From Candidatus Omnitrophota bacterium (GTDB lineage Bacteria; Omnitrophota; Gorgyraeia; Zapsychrales; Fredricksoniimonadaceae): a stretch of 64,000 nt of DNA. The notes beneath the pieces were generated by a model. That model saw nothing but the letters and a program-made list of their open reading frames with translations, made no database searches and was not told where the DNA came from. The stretch's first letter is position 1. Each line of letters starts with the position of its first letter. This document shows, piece by piece, positions 9,918-17,217 of the stretch. The DNA is taken from positions 76,563-140,562 of the forward strand of contig JADFXH010000001.1 of assembly GCA_015233675.1 (NCBI GenBank), read 5' to 3'. Position numbers and translations under genes: made by a program.

Positions 9918-10259
9918 TTACCCTATGGCCGGGGCCCCTTCTTCACTGGTACGGATTCGAATACAGCGCGGTAAATCCAGAACAAAAATTTTACCATCCC
10001 CTATTTTTCCCGTCCGGGCGCCTTTGATAATAGCCTTGATCGTTGGTTCCACAAAATTTTCGTTTACCGCAATTTCAAGACGAACTTTACGCAAAAGATT
10101 GCCTGTTTCCCTGACTCCGCGGTAAAATTCATCCACTCCTATTTGACGCCCATGGCCTAAAACTTCTGTAACGGTGATCAAATTAACTTCTGCCGCATAA
10201 AGCTCTTTTTTAACTTCTTCCAACCTATGCGGCTGTATAATAGCAATCACTAATTTCAT
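9918..10259 (-). CDS. glnB: nitrogen regulatory protein P-II
   Basis: 113 aa, [10 protein letters not shown]...GHGRQ...GDGKIFV...IRIRT. Downstream of amt. T-loop residue 51 is Glu, not Tyr. Confidence 0.9.
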   Translation of the reverse strand: MKLVIAIIQPHRLEEVKKELYAAEVNLITVTEVLGHGRQIGVDEFYRGVRETGNLLRKVRLEIAVNENFVEPTIKAIIKGARTGKIGDGKIFVLDLPRCIRIRTSEEGAPAIG

Positions 10260-10281
10260 ACGCCCTCCTGTTTATTCTATC

Positions 10282-10526
10282 GGTTCTGTCAAAATTCTTG
10301 CAGGTTATGCATGAGAAGAGATATTATTTGCTCAACGGGATATTTTCGCCGTTGGCGTCGGTTTACAGCAAAAATGTTCAAAAGCTTCTCTTCATTTGGA
10401 ACATTTTTGCTGTAAATCCTAGCCAACTTTTGGCGAAAAATCCCTGAATGTTTCGCAAACAATATCTCTTCTCATGCATAACTCCCAATCCTTGCGCAGG
10501 CCGTCCATTGCATTTTTCACTAGCAT
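10282..10526 (-). repeat. intercistronic framework element with family-A hairpin cargo (amt|glnB spacer)
   Basis: Left end ggttctgtcaaaattcttgcagg and a degenerate right end catttttcactagc. It fills the amt stop to glnB RBS spacer. Confidence 0.7.
10305..10482. mobile_element. family-A long inverted repeat (MITE-like hairpin, 178 bp)
   Basis: Arms ttatgcatgagaagagatatt.../...aatatctcttctcatgcataac. Nearly identical to 48175..48352. A short derivative lies at 21734..21812. Confidence 0.75.
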
Positions 10527-10532
10527 CAGCCC

Positions 10533-11771
10533 TTAGTCCAAAATAGTATAGGCTCTTTCGTGATGTTGGCTTAAGTCCAGCCCTATAATTTCTTCCCCTG
10601 CAGTAACCCTCATCGGGATAATACGATTGACAACATTACAAATGATCCATGTGACGCCTGCGCAGTAAGCAATGGTAATAAGAGCACACTTAATTTGAAT
10701 TAATAATTGTACACCATTACCTAATAAAAGTCCGTTAGAACCCGCTGCATTCACGGCTTTAGTGGCTAATATACCGGTCGCGAACATGCCCCAAAACCCG
10801 CCTACGGCATGCACACCAAAAGCATCGAGAGAATCATCATATTTGAATTTTTGTTTTAAAATACCTACCGCAAAAAAACTAAGGACGCTAACAACACACC
10901 CTATGATCAATGCCCCTGTAAAATCCACAAAACCCGCAGCCGGAGTTATTGCAACTAATCCCGCTATCGCTCCTGTGACAGAGCCAAAAATAGTAGGCTT
11001 GCCTGTCAAAATCCATTCCAAGGCCGCCCAACTAACAACTGCCGCTCCCGCAGCCATATTAGTCGTCACAAACGCATTGACCGCCACCGCATTACAAGCT
11101 AATGCGGATCCCGCGTTAAAACCATTCCATCCAAACCATAACAAACTTGCCCCTAAAACAACAAAAGGGATATTGTGTAAACTTGGATGGGAAATCCCAA
11201 TGCGCCGGCCCAGATACAAAGCCGTGACCAATCCGGCAATTCCACAGTTAATTTCAACAACCGTGCCTCCGGCAAAATCTAAAATTCCCCAACTGCGAAA
11301 TAATCCGCCCACTCCCCAGGCCATATGAGCAATAGGGCAATAAACAAACGTCAACCAAAGAACAGTAAATAATAAAAATGCCGAGAATTTTACCCTCTCT
11401 GCATACGCCCCCACAATAACCGCAGGGGTGATAACAGCAAACATGCATTGAAAGATCATAAAGGCCGCCTGAGGGATTGTCGCTGCATAATCCCCGTTGG
11501 GTGCCGCTCCTACACCTTTTAACATTACCGCATCGAACCCGCCAAAAAGCCAATTGCCTTTACTGAAAGCCAAACTATACCCGTAAATTCCCCATAACAC
11601 ACTAACCAGTGACAGGCACGCCATGCATTGCATCAAAACGCCTAACACATTTTTACGGCGAACCATGCCTCCATAAAAAAAACCTAATGCCGGTGTCATT
11701 AAAAGAACAAGCACCGCTGAGACCAGGACCCATGCTGTGTCCCCTGAATTGATTTGATTCATTGATTGCAT
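10533..11771 (-). CDS. amt: ammonium transporter Amt
   Basis: 412 aa, about 11 TM helices. Motifs include FAGGTVVEINCG and DDSLDAFGVHAVGG. Confidence 0.9.
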   Translation of the reverse strand: MQSMNQINSGDTAWVLVSAVLVLLMTPALGFFYGGMVRRKNVLGVLMQCMACLSLVSVLWGIYGYSLAFSKGNWLFGGFDAVMLKGVGAAPNGDYAATIPQAAFMIFQCMFAVITPAVIVGAYAERVKFSAFLLFTVLWLTFVYCPIAHMAWGVGGLFRSWGILDFAGGTVVEINCGIAGLVTALYLGRRIGISHPSLHNIPFVVLGASLLWFGWNGFNAGSALACNAVAVNAFVTTNMAAGAAVVSWAALEWILTGKPTIFGSVTGAIAGLVAITPAAGFVDFTGALIIGCVVSVLSFFAVGILKQKFKYDDSLDAFGVHAVGGFWGMFATGILATKAVNAAGSNGLLLGNGVQLLIQIKCALITIAYCAGVTWIICNVVNRIIPMRVTAGEEIIGLDLSQHHERAYTILD

Positions 11772-11944
11772 AAATAAACCTCATTATCCATCCTTCTTTC
11801 CCGTTTTATATCCGTCGCTGGATCCGATAGCCTCAATGCTTATAAAAACAAAAAGCCATTCTAAACAGAGTTTCCCCTTTTATAGAAATATTTAGCTACT
11901 TTGCTTTTATAGTCAAGGACCTCAATGCCCTTGCAAAGAAATTA

Positions 11945-11973
11945 ATAATATCCTTTCAATTTTAAAAAGTCAA
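11945..11973 (-). promoter_or_regulatory. sigma70-like promoter candidate upstream of amt
   Basis: Minus strand reads TTGACT-17 nt-TATTAT, about 175 nt upstream of the amt start. Confidence 0.45.
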
Positions 11974-12013
11974 CCGGCAAATTCAACTCGGGCTTACTTG
12001 CTTATTTCAATCC

Positions 12014-12053
12014 TAAACAAAAACTCCCAACAATTTATTAAATCGCAGGGAGC
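12014..12053 (-). terminator. weak intrinsic terminator candidate
   Basis: Minus strand reads CTCCC...GGGAG followed by TTTTTGTTT, just after the stop of 12077..12616. The stem is short. Confidence 0.4.
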
Positions 12054-12076
12054 TAAATAAACAACTGACTTTGAAA

Positions 12077-12616
12077 CTACTGGGATTGTATGCTTATCCA
12101 CACCTTCATTTGATCCGGAGTCAGAATTGTGCTTAGTTTCCTAAATTCATCAATGGTTAACTGTTCTCTTTGATTGTACATGGTTTTACCATTAATGGCC
12201 CCATCCTCCAATTTTTGCTGAAGATTTCTAACATTAGCTATATTATCTGCCACAATCGGCCGAACGGCATTAATTTGGTCCTGAGTCAATTTCAAATTCG
12301 CAGTCATTTGGAAAATTACAGCATTTGTTCCTTTGACAACTATATCATCTTTTGGAATATTACCGCTGTCGCCATCAGGTTGCAGGGGACTGTGCGGCCC
12401 GGGATTATCTGAATTCCCTTGGTCAGATAAATCTGACGCACCGCTTCCCGCGTTATTAACCGTACTGCCCTGAACTGATACTTGCGCTTGAGCTGGAGGA
12501 GAAACAAGGACTCCGGAATCAGAGGAAAACTGCTTAGAATCCTGGGCAAAAACCAAAGGAATCGAGAGAAAAAATACACTAAATAATAAACACCATGCCA
12601 ATTCCTTCAAGACCAT
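12077..12616 (-). CDS. secreted protein with LTXXQ motifs (Spy/CpxP-like C-terminal half)
   Basis: Signal peptide, a Ser/Gly/Asp-rich region, then LTQDQINAV... and LTPDQMKVW. Confidence 0.5.
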   Translation of the reverse strand: MVLKELAWCLLFSVFFLSIPLVFAQDSKQFSSDSGVLVSPPAQAQVSVQGSTVNNAGSGASDLSDQGNSDNPGPHSPLQPDGDSGNIPKDDIVVKGTNAVIFQMTANLKLTQDQINAVRPIVADNIANVRNLQQKLEDGAINGKTMYNQREQLTIDEFRKLSTILTPDQMKVWISIQSQ

Positions 12617-12664
12617 CCCCGGTGATGCCCTCTATGAATTCTGAAGGCGCATTTGCCACATAAA

Positions 12665-13000
12665 TCACCAATTATTTGGTTTATTATCCACTAGGTTAAT
12701 TATAGTGTTTTTACCATAAGCGATAACGTATTGGATAATCACAGGATCATCTAGCTTAATTTCTACTGATGTCATATGTTGAGAAGTAGACCAATATAAG
12801 ACTGCTTCAGGTCCGATATAAAATGTCATTACTGAATCTTTTGTTTGTATACTAATAAGGCCAGCCTCCACGCCCACTTTAACTACCTTCCCAGAAATAG
12901 TTTTTATATTCCGATCATTCATCACTTGCTGACAATATGCCGCACTAGATATAAAAACTGCTGTTAACACAACAAAAGCAATCACCTTAAATTTAAACAT
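12665..13000 (-). CDS. small secreted protein, unknown function
   Basis: The track ORF starts in repeat-derived sequence. The real start is probably ATG at 13000 (MFKFKVIAFVVLTAVFISSAAYC signal peptide), preceded by GGAAGGAGAG. Confidence 0.5.
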   Translation of the reverse strand: MFKFKVIAFVVLTAVFISSAAYCQQVMNDRNIKTISGKVVKVGVEAGLISIQTKDSVMTFYIGPEAVLYWSTSQHMTSVEIKLDDPVIIQYVIAYGKNTIINLVDNKPNNW

Positions 13001-13008
13001 TCTCTCTC

Positions 13009-13215
13009 CTTCCACATAATTCCACTAGTTTTCCTATTGATTAGGTCGGGCCAACGCCCTTCCGCATAATTCCACTATATTTTCCCACTGATTAGGTCGG
13101 GCCAACGCCCTTCCACATAATTCCACTAGTTTTCCCACTGATTAGGTCGGGCCAACGCCCTTCCACATAATTCCACTAGTTTTCCCACTGATTAGGTCGG
13201 GCCAACGCCCTTCCG
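13009..13215 (-). repeat. 50-nt RBS-bearing leader repeat, 4 tandem copies
   Basis: Unit cttccacataattccactagttttcccactgattaggtcgggccaacgcc, with copy starts at 13009, 13059, 13110 and 13160. The gene-proximal end provides the SD of 12665..13000. Confidence 0.85.
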
Positions 13216-13227
13216 CCAAAGTTGGTT

Positions 13228-13686
13228 TCACTTACCATACATAGCTTGCAACTGAGCCTCTGAAGGAATTTGATCATAATACTCCCCTTGCGGCCCGACA
13301 TAACCGTTCCCGGATCTTTTAAGCACGACTGCGGTATATCCTCCGTTGCTATTGGAAACATTAATAGTAATAGTGTCTCCGGAATATGTTGCCGATGGGA
13401 CAAACACAGGAGCTGGTTGGGTTACAATGACCGGCGCTGGCTGAGAGGGCGGCTCTGGCTTTTGAACCTGAGACCCTACTGCCGCCCCAGTGACGGCACC
13501 CACCGCGCCGCCAATAAGCATTCCAACTCCAGTGTTATGACTTTGATGCCCTATGACACCTCCAGCGACTGCACCAAGAAGGCCTCCGGCAACTGCCCCT
13601 TCACCGGCATTATTATAAGGATTAGCGCAACCGGAAATGACCGCTAAAAAAACGACAATAGTTAATTGATAGAAATATTTTTTCAT
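13228..13686 (-). CDS. glycine-zipper lipoprotein (paralog 2)
   Basis: Lipobox AVISGC. Aligns along its full length with 7573..8031, with only scattered substitutions. Confidence 0.6.
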   Translation of the reverse strand: MKKYFYQLTIVVFLAVISGCANPYNNAGEGAVAGGLLGAVAGGVIGHQSHNTGVGMLIGGAVGAVTGAAVGSQVQKPEPPSQPAPVIVTQPAPVFVPSATYSGDTITINVSNSNGGYTAVVLKRSGNGYVGPQGEYYDQIPSEAQLQAMYGK

Positions 13687-13744
13687 ATTTATGACCTATG
13701 TCAAGGTTTTTATGTTTATAAAATTATTAACGGGATTTTTATCG

Positions 13745-13762
13745 GGCCGACACAAGGTCGGC
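13745..13762. repeat. REP-like hairpin (GGCCGAC-acaag-GTCGGC)
   Basis: Same family as gggcggacacaaggtccgccc at 37957..37977, with a degenerate copy at 56494..56520. Confidence 0.6.
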
Positions 13763-13774
13763 GCCTACAAACTT

Positions 13775-14341
13775 TTATCCCCCCTCCCTGACCGAGCTTA
13801 TACTATTGCAAATTCGATGCCTGCAGTGCCGGCAGGACTTTTTATTTTGTAATTCAAGATACTTGCTGAATTGTTCGGGAGTCAGGATTTTTTTGACCTC
13901 AAGAGTCGAACTTAGACGGTTATCCGCCATCTGAGCATGAAGGGTTTTCAATTGCGCCTCAAAAGTATTGACTTTATTCATATCCGGTGATGGCAGGATA
14001 AGCTCTTTATTAAGAGCCTCTTTATTTATTTTTATTTGTTCAACCGTTGACTTCATTGCTTCCCTTTGTTTGTGCCAGACATCCTTTAATTGTTTCTTTT
14101 GATCATCAGTCAAATTTAATTTATGAAAAAACCTGCCTTTCATATGTTTCCCATGCTTTGAACAATGACCACGCCTCCATTCGTGATTTCCTTGATCCAA
14201 GGAAGCTTGGTTATCAGTAACCGTGGTCTGCCCTCCTGTAAAATTACCGCCATTGCCGTTGTCAGCGTAAACAACCGGTACTGATAAAGTCAGTATCAAA
14301 GGCAATAGTAGTCCCATCATTTTTGTCTTTATTTTTATCAT
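13775..14341 (-). CDS. periplasmic Spy/CpxP-family (LTXXQ) protein
   Basis: Signal peptide. LTDDQKKQLKDVW and LTPEQFSKYLEL motifs in helical, basic sequence. Confidence 0.55.
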   Translation of the reverse strand: MIKIKTKMMGLLLPLILTLSVPVVYADNGNGGNFTGGQTTVTDNQASLDQGNHEWRRGHCSKHGKHMKGRFFHKLNLTDDQKKQLKDVWHKQREAMKSTVEQIKINKEALNKELILPSPDMNKVNTFEAQLKTLHAQMADNRLSSTLEVKKILTPEQFSKYLELQNKKSCRHCRHRICNSISSVREGG

Positions 14342-14355
14342 TTGACCCTCCTGTT

Positions 14356-14853
14356 TTACAAAAAATATTTCTCAATAGGAGTCCCTAAATCATTCCCATT
14401 ATTAGCGCCAATATCTACCGGTTCATTTAATAGAGAGATAAGATACTCCGCTTGACCTTGTCCATTGACCTTAACACTCTGAGTATTAATCGCTAATTGA
14501 TTCGGTAGGCCAACCATAAATATCAACATTACAACTGTAGCCAAAGCAAAAACCGGCCTGGGGATATGAACAGCCCATCTTAACTTCTCCCAAAAATCAG
14601 GAATAGCACTCTCTTGTACCTTCTGAAGTTGTTCCTCATGAATTGTCTGTTTAATCTGTGCCCAAAGGATTTTATCAGGAACAATTTCCTGGACATTTTT
14701 AAGAGGATTAACAGCTTTTTTAATACTTATCAAAAAAACCTCACAACCATGACAGTGGACCAGATGTTGGTCAATAACACTCTTTTGTTTATCCCCCATC
14801 CGACCATCGATATAGTCGGTTTTGATAAATTCCTGTACTCTTTTACAATTCAT
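14356..14853 (-). CDS. putative zinc-finger (zf-HC2) anti-sigma factor, single TM
   Basis: N-terminal C...H-x3-C-x2-C pattern (MNCKRVQEFI...HLVHCHGCEVF) and a central TM helix (VFALATVVMLIFMVGL). Confidence 0.6.
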   Translation of the reverse strand: MNCKRVQEFIKTDYIDGRMGDKQKSVIDQHLVHCHGCEVFLISIKKAVNPLKNVQEIVPDKILWAQIKQTIHEEQLQKVQESAIPDFWEKLRWAVHIPRPVFALATVVMLIFMVGLPNQLAINTQSVKVNGQGQAEYLISLLNEPVDIGANNGNDLGTPIEKYFL

Positions 14854-14910
14854 TGCCCGCCACCTGGATTTTTAAACATAATAAATCTGCTTTACATCCC
14901 CTTCATCCAG

Positions 14911-14939
14911 TTAGACAATAAATAAGGGCAAAAAGTTCC
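14911..14939 (-). promoter_or_regulatory. ECF sigma-type promoter candidate
   Basis: Minus strand reads GGAACTT-16 nt-GTCTAA, about 58 nt upstream of the anti-sigma start. Confidence 0.55.
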
Positions 14940-14989
14940 TACTTACGAAGCTTGACATAAGAACCGCTTAATACACCTGATGAGAATTA

Positions 14990-16564
14990 ATGACTTCATT
15001 AAATATCATATTCATTGTATGTTTATTTTTGGGTGTTCTTTGTTGCGGCACTATCGCGATCTTTCGTATTTTAGGGCCATCAGGGAATATCACCCGGCAT
15101 AAAGGATTCTGGCCCGCGTTAATCCTTTGTCTTGCCGCACTCTTATCGCGCATAGAAGCTCCTCCTCAAATGCATGTTGATTTTTACGGATATGATACTG
15201 TAGCACAGAACATCTTGTACCATGGACTGCCAGCAGCTACGATTAAAGGCAGTGTTTTGTGCCCCGAAGTTTTCTCCTTACCTTGGAGGCCTCTGGGTTA
15301 TAGTCTCCTTTTGGCGATGGGCTATTGTGTTACAGGATCCACCAAAGTGGCGCCGTTTCTCATCAACATCCTACTTGGCTTCCTTTCAGTCGGTTTGCTT
15401 TATCGAATTGCTTGGCTGTTCTTCCGAGATAATGTAGTTGCGGCTTGTGCGGCAGCAATACTCGCTTTTTTACCCTTACATATAAAATATTCCGCGGTCC
15501 TTACCGCTGATGTCGCGGGCCTTTTCTTTTTTTTAATGTCGGTCATGTTTTTTGGTGAATGGATTTACCGCCGATGGGAGATTTTAGCCTATGCCGCCAT
15601 ATTTTCAGGTTGTTTTAGCGTTTATGTCAAGCCGGAATACGGGATCATTTTTTTAATCGGATTTTGTTTGTTTTTGAAATTCAACGAAAAACAAGGCAGT
15701 TTAAAAACAAAGCAGTGCCATGACGTTATATACATCTGTTCTTGTCTGCTATTGCCCTTGATTATAATGGTACCGCGTTTGATCGCCGGAGAATGTTTGA
15801 ATGCTAGGGGAGCATTTTTTTCATTGGGGCACATGAAAGATCACTTATGGCCCAACATTATCTACATCTTCGGCGGAGATTTCGGGTATATATCAAGCGG
15901 TTTATTTATTTTTGGCATAACACATATTTTATTAAAAAAACGGGATAATATTGGGCATTGGCTTTTGATATGGTATTTGTTCGGGCTTTTGTTAATTTCC
16001 GGCTATTTCGCCGGGAGCATGAATGAGCTCAGTCTTGGCCGTCACTTTTTTCTTATTATACTGCCATTTATTTTAGTTGCCGGCTGGGGATGGGGCTGTA
16101 TTTTACGTCAATTTAGGAATAAAACACTCTTTATTGCCGTATGCCTGGCAGTGCTTGTTATGAACGGCATTAAAATAGCAGAACGATGGAACGGCTTTCG
16201 GGATAGACAGGCAGTTCTTATGGGGACTGATCTGATGCGCCAACAATGGGAATTCTTTCATAGAGTTGCTTTGAAAGCCCCGGAAGATGCGTATACTATT
16301 TGTCCTTCATTCCCTTGGCAACTTTTAGTATCTAAAACTAATAAAGTTATTTTTTCCGGTCTTTTTTCCAAAGGAGACATGCCTGACAAGATTGTTTATT
16401 TGAAGGGAATCGAATACTTCGGCGATCAAGAAGAAACTCATAAACGAATCCTGGAGTTTTACCGATGTAAGCCGCTTTTAAAAATGCCTCTCACCAATTC
16501 GACTTCTATTTTAGAAGCAGACTTTTGTGAACGGAAAAAGAAAGGCCCGGGGCCCTCATTTTAA
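14990..16564 (+). CDS. polytopic membrane glycosyltransferase (GT39/GT83, ArnT/PMT-like)
   Basis: 524 aa with about 11-12 TM helices and a soluble C-terminal domain. The architecture is typical of this family. The call rests on topology and weak motif recognition only. Confidence 0.5.
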   Translation: MTSLNIIFIVCLFLGVLCCGTIAIFRILGPSGNITRHKGFWPALILCLAALLSRIEAPPQMHVDFYGYDTVAQNILYHGLPAATIKGSVLCPEVFSLPWRPLGYSLLLAMGYCVTGSTKVAPFLINILLGFLSVGLLYRIAWLFFRDNVVAACAAAILAFLPLHIKYSAVLTADVAGLFFFLMSVMFFGEWIYRRWEILAYAAIFSGCFSVYVKPEYGIIFLIGFCLFLKFNEKQGSLKTKQCHDVIYICSCLLLPLIIMVPRLIAGECLNARGAFFSLGHMKDHLWPNIIYIFGGDFGYISSGLFIFGITHILLKKRDNIGHWLLIWYLFGLLLISGYFAGSMNELSLGRHFFLIILPFILVAGWGWGCILRQFRNKTLFIAVCLAVLVMNGIKIAERWNGFRDRQAVLMGTDLMRQQWEFFHRVALKAPEDAYTICPSFPWQLLVSKTNKVIFSGLFSKGDMPDKIVYLKGIEYFGDQEETHKRILEFYRCKPLLKMPLTNSTSILEADFCERKKKGPGPSF

Positions 16565-17137
16565 CTTAATAAGAATCTCCGCAAGTCTACGGCCAAGAGC
16601 TTCAATGGCAGACTGCTGCTTGAGGTCCTTAAGTGTCCCATCCGCATTAAAAGCCTCATCAGCCTTAGGAATCGCTATTTGATCAGGAAGAACCAGCACC
16701 TGTATATTTGAAAGTATGGAACGGACTTGAACTAGCCCCCGTAAACCCCCTAGCGATCCTGGAGAGGCACTCATGATCGCTGCTAATTTCCCGGTAAAAC
16801 AGGCTAACGATCCCTCACCCGGTAATGGACGCGAGGCCCAATCAATTGCGTTTTTCAAAACTCCGCTGATTCCACTATTGTATTCAGGAGCAGAGATCAA
16901 AAAGCCATCATGTTCCATCAATATTGCCTTAAATTTTCTTACATTTTCCGAAAGCCCTTGTTGAATTTCCAAGTCGCCATCATAAAGCGGCATTGGAAAA
17001 TCACGCAGATCAAGGAAGGTCACTTTTGCCCCAACTGTTTGCGCACCAGACATTGCTATCTTAACAAGCTTCTTATTAAATGACCCTGCGCGTGTGCTTC
17101 CAGCAAATGCTAATATTTTCGATGAAGTTGTTAGCAT
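16556..17137 (-). CDS. NADPH-dependent FMN reductase family protein
   Basis: KILAFAGSTRAGSFNKKL...APEYNSGISGVLKNAIDWASRP pattern. Confidence 0.75.
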   Translation of the reverse strand: MLTTSSKILAFAGSTRAGSFNKKLVKIAMSGAQTVGAKVTFLDLRDFPMPLYDGDLEIQQGLSENVRKFKAILMEHDGFLISAPEYNSGISGVLKNAIDWASRPLPGEGSLACFTGKLAAIMSASPGSLGGLRGLVQVRSILSNIQVLVLPDQIAIPKADEAFNADGTLKDLKQQSAIEALGRRLAEILIKLK

Positions 17138-17217
17138 ATTATTCTTCTCCTATTCTGACGATTAAACAATATCGACAACTTGAAAAAGGCTGTAAAAATT
17201 TATTGTATGTGCGAAGT

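Noticed and set aside
10762-11328. Long antisense ORFs within amt, cysK (25638..26255), glnN (31085..31540), ppdK (59687..60073) and others
   Set aside because: These are shadow ORFs opposite strongly supported genes. They have low-complexity, Pro/Ala/Ser-rich products and no RBS.
13009-13215. Tandem 50-nt repeats considered as a CRISPR array
   Set aside because: The units are directly contiguous (period 50-51 nt) with no unique spacers. The same unit occurs singly in front of other genes, and there are no cas genes.
14950-14989. TTGACA at 14950 as a promoter for the glycosyltransferase gene
   Set aside because: No acceptable -10 hexamer at 16-18 nt spacing. It is too close to the start codon to be confident.
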